Position numbers and translations under genes: made by a program
Source: Nitrosopumilus maritimus SCM1
GTDB taxonomy: Archaea; Thermoproteota; Nitrososphaeria; Nitrososphaerales; Nitrosopumilaceae
Direction of reading: 5' to 3'
Assembly (NCBI RefSeq): GCF_000018465.1
Contig: NC_010085.1
Coordinates: 960,001-992,000, forward strand
DNA length: 32,000 nt
Shown: in pieces, positions 25,176 through 32,000 of the stretch
Layout: each line of letters begins with the position of its first letter
How positions within the stretch are numbered: the stretch's first letter is position 1
Notes under the pieces: model-generated
What the model was told of the DNA's origin: nothing
What the model saw: the letters and a program-made list of their open reading frames with translations, nothing else
Databases searched by the model: none

Positions 25176-25436
25176 TCAACTAAATCCAGCACCAAAATCA
25201 GAGCCTTTGTCTAAAAGGTCCCCAGAATCTGAACTTTTTAATTTTCTAAACAACAATGTTTCATAGACTAGTTTCATTGCATCTTCATCGTTTAGATTAC
25301 AATCTTCCTTAACTTGATTTTTGTATTTTTCTAATTTTGCAGGTTCTTGTTCATCAGGGGAGATACCATCATGAATCATCAGATTAGCAATTTTTTCAAT
25401 TTCAGAATTTTGCTGTGCTTCATCCATATTGGTCAA
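25176..25436 (-). CDS. Hypothetical acidic protein, 86 aa
   Basis: Complete ORF that fits tightly between its neighbours; helical, Glu/Asp-rich. Confidence 0.55.
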   Translation of the reverse strand: MTNMDEAQQNSEIEKIANLMIHDGISPDEQEPAKLEKYKNQVKEDCNLNDEDAMKLVYETLLFRKLKSSDSGDLLDKGSDFGAGFS

Positions 25437-25475
25437 TAAATTTTCTAGTTATTAATACATTCGAATAAAAAATCA

Positions 25476-25778
25476 TCACAAATCTGAAAGTAGTCCTGAA
25501 AGAAAATCAGAAAATTCATCATCAGAAAAAATAATTTTCTCAACCTTGTTTTCAGTTTGAGCAAGTTTTACAGAATCCAAATGATAGCAAGTGTCTTTTC
25601 CATTTAATTTTCCAAAATAAAATGCAGGACATGAACAATAAAGACCAGATGGATCAACCCAGTGTTCTTCGCCCTTACCAACTACAGTCCAAATTTTCCT
25701 TTGACTAGGCTCAAAAACATGTAATTTTACTCGTTTTTCTGACACCAAGGATTCTATTCTATCAGGATCTTTGTTCAC
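25476..25778 (-). CDS. SWIM zinc-finger protein
   Basis: 100 aa, GTG start; CxC...CxH motif in YCSCPAFYFGKLNGKDTCYHLDSVKLAQ. Confidence 0.8.
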   Translation of the reverse strand: MNKDPDRIESLVSEKRVKLHVFEPSQRKIWTVVGKGEEHWVDPSGLYCSCPAFYFGKLNGKDTCYHLDSVKLAQTENKVEKIIFSDDEFSDFLSGLLSDL

Positions 25779-25812
25779 AAGAATTTAATCAGATATCTGC
25801 AGTATAACTTTG

Positions 25813-26562
25813 ATGTTGCAAACTAGAATCATGCAATCTAAACCAGCATTAGTATTGGAAGGAGATAGAAAATATCTTGTTGTAACAGATCTTCATATCG
25901 GATTTGAAAGCAGTATGGCATCAAATGAAATTTTCATTGGAAAAAATTCCACAATAAATGAAACAATTCAAGAATTATCAGATATGATTGATACAGAAAA
26001 ACCAGATTCAGTGATTTTACTTGGAGATATAAAATCAAGTATGAAGAGCATTTCAAAAAGTGAATGGGACGAAGTTCCGTTATTTTTTGATAAAATCAGC
26101 CAGAAATGTGAGATAGTCTTAGTTCCAGGAAATCATGATGCAAACATCTCAAGACTAGTTCCACAAAACATTACGATGATCAGTTCTACAGGAATGGTTG
26201 AAGAAAATACATTGTTAACTCATGGACATACAATGCCATCAGAGAATTTTTCACATGTAGACAAAATCATCATGGGACATGTTCATCCAGTGTTTTTTCA
26301 AGAAGATTCTGTGATTAATGGACAAAGAGTTTGGATTTCAATGAAGATTGAAAAAGAGAAAATTTTTCCAAACAAATCAGGAGAGTTGGAGATTACCATA
26401 ATTCCATCATTTAACAAATACTTTTACGCCACTCATAGAAAAAAATACAAAAAATCAATTTCACCTATAATTGACAGAATAAAATCAGTAGCAAAAGCAA
26501 GAATTGTTACGCTTGATGGTACAATTATTGGAAATGAATTAATTATTGATCAAGTTTTATGA
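25813..26562 (+). CDS. Calcineurin-like metallophosphoesterase (archaeal SbcD-related type)
   Basis: Motifs VTDLHIGFE, LLGDIKS, PGNHD, THGH, MGHVHP. The track uses TTG at 25810, but ATG at 25813 or 25831 is more likely. Confidence 0.85.
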   Translation: MLQTRIMQSKPALVLEGDRKYLVVTDLHIGFESSMASNEIFIGKNSTINETIQELSDMIDTEKPDSVILLGDIKSSMKSISKSEWDEVPLFFDKISQKCEIVLVPGNHDANISRLVPQNITMISSTGMVEENTLLTHGHTMPSENFSHVDKIIMGHVHPVFFQEDSVINGQRVWISMKIEKEKIFPNKSGELEITIIPSFNKYFYATHRKKYKKSISPIIDRIKSVAKARIVTLDGTIIGNELIIDQVL

Positions 26563-26565
26563 TAA

Positions 26566-29500
26566 TTATTCAATAGGGTCATATGGTTCAATAGGATCTT
26601 TTGTTGTTTCATTATGTTGTAACCATTCAAGGGTCTTAACAAATGAATCAGCAAGTTCTATTGTAGTTAGCACTGGAATTCCAAGTTCAATTGCCTTTCT
26701 TCTAATTTGATATTCATCATCAAGCATTCCAACATATTTTTCAATTGTAGAAGTACTTGGGATGTTTATGATAAAGTCTATCTTCCTTTCATAAAGCATA
26801 TCTGCAATGTTTGGTAGACGTTCAGGTTCTGAAATCTTGTGAATGATTTCTATACCACCAACTTTTTCTTCAAAGAATTCTGCAGTATGTTCTGTTGCCA
26901 TAATCTTGAATCCTAATTGTTTTAGTTTTGCAATTGAAGATAATAATTTCTCCTTGTTTTCTGTTCCCCCAACAGTAACAACTGCAGTTCCAGTTTGAGG
27001 TAGTTTGATTCCAACTGATGTCAAACCTTTTGCAAGTGCATCATGGAAGCTATTTCCAAAGCAAGCAGCTTCACCAGTAGACTGCATCTCTACACCCAAT
27101 GCAATGTCTGCACCATCTAGCTGCATGAATGAAAATTGTGGAACTTTGATTCCATAATTATGGATTTTCTGCCACTTGTTTTCAGGGATTTTAGGTAACG
27201 GTTTGTCCAAAATAGCCTTTGAGGCAAGTGAAATTAGGTTCATTTTGACTAATTTTGAGACAAATGGCATAGAACGTGATGCACGTATGTTCAGTTCTAT
27301 AACATAGACTTGATCATTGTTTATCAAGAATTGCAGGTTAAATGGCCCTTTAACATTAAAGGTCAATGCAATTCGTTTAGTATAATCAGTAATTGTTTCG
27401 ATAATTTTGTTGCTTAATCTCCATGGAGGAATACACATCATTGCATCACCAGAGTGTACACCAGCTGAATCAATATGTTCAACTATTGCGCCAATAACAA
27501 CTTCTTTTCCATTACTGATTCCATCAACATCAACTTCTAATGAGTTTAACATGAATTTTGAAATTACAACCGGATGATCAGGGGATACATCAGTTGCTTC
27601 TTTGACATATGTTTTGAGTTCTTCTTGCGACCAAACTACTTTCATTGCAGCTCCAGATAAAACATAAGATGGTCTAACTATTACAGGAAATCCCACTTCT
27701 TGTGCAAATGATTTTGCTTCATTAAGGTTTGAGAACGCTTGCCATCTTGGTTGACCAATGTGTAGTTTATCTAATTCTGCACTAAACTTTGAACGGTCTT
27801 CAGCTCTGTCAACATCTTTTGCTGATGTTCCTAAAATATTGATTCCACGTTCTGCTAGTCCAGGAGTCAGATTGTTTGCTGTTTGTCCACCTACACATGT
27901 AATGACTCCTTTTGGATTCTCAAAGTCAGTAATGTCAAGTAATCTTTCTTGTGTAAGTTCTTCAAAGTACAGTCTTGTACAGATATCATAATCAGTTGAT
28001 ACTGTTTCAGGATTACAGTTTACAACTGAGACATTCTTTTCTCCATTCTCTTGCAATCCCCAAACCATGTTTACTGTTCCCCAATCAAACTCTACGCTAC
28101 TACCGATTCTATATGGTCCCGCACCAACTACAACAATTCCTGGATCATCTTTTGGAATTTCAATGTCATGAGAGTGTCCACCATATGTTAGGTATAGATA
28201 ATTGGTAACTGCAGGCCATTCTGCTGCAAGGGTGTCAATCTGCTTTACAGATGGAACCACGCCTAATTCCTTGCGTATTTCACGCACTTCATCAGGAGTG
28301 CTTCCTTTTGCACGGGCAATTTGATTATCAGAGAAGCCTAGTTTTTTGATATCCCACATCAAGGATTTGTCTAGTTCAGATTCCTTGATTTTGGCCTCCG
28401 CGTTAAGGATATTTTGTATTTTATCAATGAACCAAGGATCAATTGCAGAAAGTTTGTAGATTCTCTCAACTGAAATCCCCATTTTCAAGGCAATTGCAAC
28501 ATTGTACAAAATCTCATCATCATGATGAGATAATTTGAATTCAATTTCTTCTTCAGTGTATTTTTTGCCATTAGCACGATTCAATACCAATCCATCATTT
28601 CCAATTGCAAGCATTCTGATTGCTTTTTGTAATGATTCTTCAAATGTTCGTCCAACTGCCATGACTTCACCAACGGATTTCATCGTAACTCCAAGTTTTC
28701 TATTGACTTGTTCAAACTTTGAAAAGTCCCATCTTGGATGTTTGCAAACAACATAATCAAGTGAAGGCTCAAAGCATGCAGTTGTACTTTTTGTAATTCT
28801 GTTTACTAGTTCAGACAAACTATAACCTAATCCAATTTTTGCAGACATGTATGCAAGTGGATAGCCTGTAGCTTTACTTGCAAGTGCAGAAGAACGAGAT
28901 AGACGAGGGTTGATTTCGATTGCAACATATCTGTCTGAATCTGAATCTAATGCATATTGAATATTACATTCACCAACAATTCCAACATGTTTTGTTGCAC
29001 GTAACGCAGCTGAACGCAACATGTGATATTCATGGTTGTTGATTGTTTGAGAAGGTGCAACTACAATGTTATCACCAGTGTGAACTTTCATTGAAAGAAC
29101 ATTTTCCATGTTACAGACAATTACATTATTGCCATCATAGTCTTGCATTACTTCATATTCGATTTGTTTCCAATGACCAATGTATTCTTCAACTAGAACT
29201 TGGCCTACAAGACTTGCATTAAGACCACGTTCAACGATTTCATGGAGTTCAATTTCATTATGGGCAATTCCTCCGCCACGACCTCCTAGGGTATAGGCTA
29301 CTCGGACAATGACAGGGTAGTTCAGTTCCTCTGCTACCTTCTTTGCATCATCGACATTAGTCACAGTTTTACTCTTGAGTACAGGAACGCCTGCTTCAGT
29401 CATTTGATCCTTGAAAAGCTGCCTATCTTCAGTATTTTTGATACCTTGAACCTGAGTTCCAAGCACTTTGACACCATATTTTTGCAAAATTCCCGCTTCT

Positions 29501-29808
29501 TCTAGTTTAACACCACAATTCAGTGCAGTCTGACCACCATAGGCCAACATGATTCCATCAGGTCTTTCTTTTTCTACAACAGATTCAACATATTGTGGAT
29601 TAACAGGTAAAAGATACACTTGGTCTGCAAATCTTGTATCAGTTTGAATTGTTGCAATGTTTGGATTAATTAGAACGCTTTTGAGTCCGTCTTCATGAAT
29701 TGCTTTAAGACACTGACTTCCAGAATAATCAAATTCTCCGGCTTCACCAATTTTAATGGCGCCACTACCCAAAACAAGAATTTTGTTTAGTGATTCGTTT
29801 TTTGGCAT
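26566..29808 (-). CDS. carB: Carbamoyl-phosphate synthase large subunit
   Basis: 1080 aa with two ATP-grasp halves (KILVLGSGAIKIGEAGEFDYSG.., QALRML-equivalent, VVVGAGPYRIGSSVEFDW..) and a C-terminal MGS-like domain. Confidence 0.97.
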   Translation of the reverse strand: MPKNESLNKILVLGSGAIKIGEAGEFDYSGSQCLKAIHEDGLKSVLINPNIATIQTDTRFADQVYLLPVNPQYVESVVEKERPDGIMLAYGGQTALNCGVKLEEAGILQKYGVKVLGTQVQGIKNTEDRQLFKDQMTEAGVPVLKSKTVTNVDDAKKVAEELNYPVIVRVAYTLGGRGGGIAHNEIELHEIVERGLNASLVGQVLVEEYIGHWKQIEYEVMQDYDGNNVIVCNMENVLSMKVHTGDNIVVAPSQTINNHEYHMLRSAALRATKHVGIVGECNIQYALDSDSDRYVAIEINPRLSRSSALASKATGYPLAYMSAKIGLGYSLSELVNRITKSTTACFEPSLDYVVCKHPRWDFSKFEQVNRKLGVTMKSVGEVMAVGRTFEESLQKAIRMLAIGNDGLVLNRANGKKYTEEEIEFKLSHHDDEILYNVAIALKMGISVERIYKLSAIDPWFIDKIQNILNAEAKIKESELDKSLMWDIKKLGFSDNQIARAKGSTPDEVREIRKELGVVPSVKQIDTLAAEWPAVTNYLYLTYGGHSHDIEIPKDDPGIVVVGAGPYRIGSSVEFDWGTVNMVWGLQENGEKNVSVVNCNPETVSTDYDICTRLYFEELTQERLLDITDFENPKGVITCVGGQTANNLTPGLAERGINILGTSAKDVDRAEDRSKFSAELDKLHIGQPRWQAFSNLNEAKSFAQEVGFPVIVRPSYVLSGAAMKVVWSQEELKTYVKEATDVSPDHPVVISKFMLNSLEVDVDGISNGKEVVIGAIVEHIDSAGVHSGDAMMCIPPWRLSNKIIETITDYTKRIALTFNVKGPFNLQFLINNDQVYVIELNIRASRSMPFVSKLVKMNLISLASKAILDKPLPKIPENKWQKIHNYGIKVPQFSFMQLDGADIALGVEMQSTGEAACFGNSFHDALAKGLTSVGIKLPQTGTAVVTVGGTENKEKLLSSIAKLKQLGFKIMATEHTAEFFEEKVGGIEIIHKISEPERLPNIADMLYERKIDFIINIPSTSTIEKYVGMLDDEYQIRRKAIELGIPVLTTIELADSFVKTLEWLQHNETTKDPIEPYDPIE

Positions 29809-29809
29809 T

Positions 29810-30964
29810 TTATTTCTCCATTAGTTCCTTTAGTTCTTCAAAAACATACTTGCAATCAAAAGGACCAGGTGCAGCTTCAGGATGAAATTGTACTGCAATA
29901 CACCTCTTTGTTTTGTGTTTTATTCCTTCGACTGTTTTGTCATCAGCATTTGTAAACCATAAATTAAAATCAGATTTTTCAAGGGATTCAGGTTTTATTC
30001 CATAACCATGATTTTGACTTGTGACATAGACTTGATTTGTCTCCAAGTTAACACATGGTTTGTTTTGTCCACGGTGTCCATACTTTAGTTTGTAAGTTTC
30101 AGTGTTTCCTGCAATTCCAATTATTTGTGCACCAAGACAAATTCCAAGTGTTGGTATATTATTTTCAATTAATTTTTTAGTTGTTTCAATTGTTGCAGGA
30201 CAGTTTTGAGGATCACCAGGACCACTGCTCAAAACAATTCCTTTTGGATTGTATGACATTATTTTTTCATATGAAGTATTCCATGGGACAACAACTACTT
30301 TGTAACCAAGTTCTCTAACATTTCTAATAATTGCAAATTTTGCACCAGTGTCAATTACAACAACTGTCTGCTCTTCGTTTCCATAGACTTTTTCTTCCTT
30401 GGTGGATACTGCATCCATAAACTGTTCAGAATTGTAATTTGTAGCCTCAGAAAGCTGTTTTTTGACTGCTTCTACATCAATCTCAGTATCTGAGACTACT
30501 AGAGCAGCCATCATGACACCACTAGTTCTAAGTTTTTTTGTTAATGCCCTAGTATCAATTTCAGCAATTCCTGGAATTTTTTCATTGTACATCCATTCAT
30601 CCAAAGTCATGGATAGATTCCAGTGACTTGCAGTATGAGATAGTTCATGTATTACAAGACCTCTAGCTTGGATTTCATTGGCTTCAAAATATTTTGGAAT
30701 TCCATCGTCATCTTTAACTTCTGGATCGGGAACTCCATAATTTCCAACAAGTGGATAAGTTAGTGTAAGAATTTGGCCTTTGTAGGATGGGTCAGTTAGT
30801 GCTTCTGTATACCCAACCATTCCAGTATTGAACACAATTTCACCAAAAACAGTCGTCGAATATCCGAATCCTTCACCGTCAAGAACAGTTCCATCATCAA
30901 AAATGAGCTTTCCAAACTTTTTTGCGTGAGTTGATTTCTTTGTGGATATTGTGACCCTCAGCAA
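29810..30964 (-). CDS. carA: Carbamoyl-phosphate synthase small subunit (glutamine amidotransferase)
   Basis: 384 aa: KLIFDDGTVLDGEGFGY..TGMVGYTEALTDPSYKGQILTLTYPLVGNYG...GPGDPQN...PTLGICLGAQI...GHRGQNKPC...QFHPEAAPGP. TTG start predicted by the track. Confidence 0.96.
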   Translation of the reverse strand: MLRVTISTKKSTHAKKFGKLIFDDGTVLDGEGFGYSTTVFGEIVFNTGMVGYTEALTDPSYKGQILTLTYPLVGNYGVPDPEVKDDDGIPKYFEANEIQARGLVIHELSHTASHWNLSMTLDEWMYNEKIPGIAEIDTRALTKKLRTSGVMMAALVVSDTEIDVEAVKKQLSEATNYNSEQFMDAVSTKEEKVYGNEEQTVVVIDTGAKFAIIRNVRELGYKVVVVPWNTSYEKIMSYNPKGIVLSSGPGDPQNCPATIETTKKLIENNIPTLGICLGAQIIGIAGNTETYKLKYGHRGQNKPCVNLETNQVYVTSQNHGYGIKPESLEKSDFNLWFTNADDKTVEGIKHKTKRCIAVQFHPEAAPGPFDCKYVFEELKELMEK

Positions 30965-31040
30965 TTCCGTTGTAATACGAATTTAAGTTTTATGTGAATT
31001 GTATTTTGAAAAAAATGATCGCTATTGGAATTGGGTTTTG

Positions 31041-32000
31041 TTAGTTTACAGAAATTATTCCAGATTTTATCAAAAATTGCATTCCTTGTACAAAGGCATC
31101 ATCATCAATTGTGCCATCAGCCCACCAACCAGCATTGACTTTAACCCATACAGGAACTTCGTTTGTTTGAGAATTTGAACCAGTCAAAGTAGGAGGAATT
31201 TGAATAATGTTTTCATCAATTAAAAACTGAATTCCTTGAATGAAAGAATCATCATCAATTGACCCATCTGCCCACCAACCAGCATTACTTTTTACCCAAG
31301 ATGGAATTTCGTTTGTCTCAGAATTTGCAGATATGCCAGGCTCAATTACGATAATAAAATTTCCTTTTGATTCAGAATCACCATCAATGTTAGATACAAC
31401 AAGATTTGCTGAGCCAGAATATTTTGAATCAAAGTTTACTTGATGGATATTTGAATAATCAGAATCAATATCACCTTTGAAATGATTTTGATAAATGGTC
31501 TTACCCTGTTGGATTACTGAAAAATCATATTCCACATGGTGTTTATGATGGTCTGAAAAGATTTGCTGAAAATCTATGAAAAATGTCACATCCTCACCTG
31601 CATGAATAATTTCAGGTTCCCAATACAAGAATACTTGATAATCAGAGGTTGTAAAATCTAATGGAAAATCAACTTTGTCATTTGGTTGTAGTTTAAACTC
31701 AATTATTTCATCAGATGTTTGCACATTATTCTTTAACAACTTGAGCAAATCACGAGTAATCACAGTGTGTACAGTTCGATCATCAAAAGAATAATCATCA
31801 ATAGTTGTAATGTCGTGAGGCAGTAAAAGTCCATTTACATATGAATCATAATTTGTAGAAAGAAAATCACTAAACGTATTTGGAATTCGTACTTCTTGAT
31901 GAATCACACTTATCTCTTGAAAATTTTGATTCCAATCAAAAGGAATGGTAAAAGTTAGTTGGTTTGAGTCAAAATTAAAATCTTGAATTTGATCAAAATA
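31041..32000 (-). CDS. Probable secreted beta-rich protein with two C-terminal WVKxNAGWWADG repeats; 5' end outside window
   Basis: The track starts at GTG 31907, but the same frame stays open to 32000 and reads YFDQIQDFNFDSNQLTFTIPFDWNQNFQEISVIHQEVRIP. C-terminal repeats NEIPSWVKSNAGWWADGSIDDDSFIQGIQFLIDENII and NEVPVWVKVNAGWWADGTIDDDAFVQGMQFLIKSGII. Confidence 0.75.
   Translation of the reverse strand, partial: YFDQIQDFNFDSNQLTFTIPFDWNQNFQEISVIHQEVRIPNTFSDFLSTNYDSYVNGLLLPHDITTIDDYSFDDRTVHTVITRDLLKLLKNNVQTSDEIIEFKLQPNDKVDFPLDFTTSDYQVFLYWEPEIIHAGEDVTFFIDFQQIFSDHHKHHVEYDFSVIQQGKTIYQNHFKGDIDSDYSNIHQVNFDSKYSGSANLVVSNIDGDSESKGNFIIVIEPGISANSETNEIPSWVKSNAGWWADGSIDDDSFIQGIQFLIDENIIQIPPTLTGSNSQTNEVPVWVKVNAGWWADGTIDDDAFVQGMQFLIKSGIISVN

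Noticed and set aside
27758-28756. Plus-strand ORFs over carB (27758-27991, 27975-28208, 28535-28756)
   Set aside because: Antisense to highly conserved carB coding sequence.
1-32000. tRNA, rRNA, CRISPR-Cas, phage or toxin-antitoxin genes
   Set aside because: None recognised by eye; a tRNAscan or Infernal run would be needed to exclude small RNAs in the short intergenic gaps.

Overview
Low-GC, archaeal-looking chromosomal window, probably a Nitrosopumilus-like thaumarchaeon (inferred from protein style and promoter layout; not verified). The left 22 kb is a co-oriented minus-strand block, listed here in transcription order. (1) A Cache/HAMP membrane sensor with a histidine-kinase-like core whose phospho-acceptor and ATP-lid residues look lost. 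(2) A 1206-aa cytosolic-looking coiled-coil rod with a duplicated small N-terminal module and ~62-aa internal repeats. (3) A membrane-anchored coiled-coil protein with a C-terminal transglutaminase-like fold in which the usual catalytic Cys reads Asn. (4) A giant secreted protein of at least 4949 codons that runs off the left edge, with a signal peptide, three divergent N-terminal beta modules, roughly 40 fibronectin type III-like domains, and three interleaved ~180-aa modules carrying Asp-rich inserts. The ORF track misses this giant ORF because it has no stop in the window. The right 10 kb is mostly ordinary housekeeping: NTF2-like protein, DeoC/FBA-like aldolase with an unusual polycationic tandem-repeat tail, MDR alcohol dehydrogenase, a lone ATP synthase subunit F, a SWIM zinc-finger protein, an SbcD-related phosphoesterase, carB, carA, and a secreted protein with WVKxNAGWWADG repeats that runs off the right edge. 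The best candidate for an undescribed system is the four-gene surface block. All functional links within it are inference.
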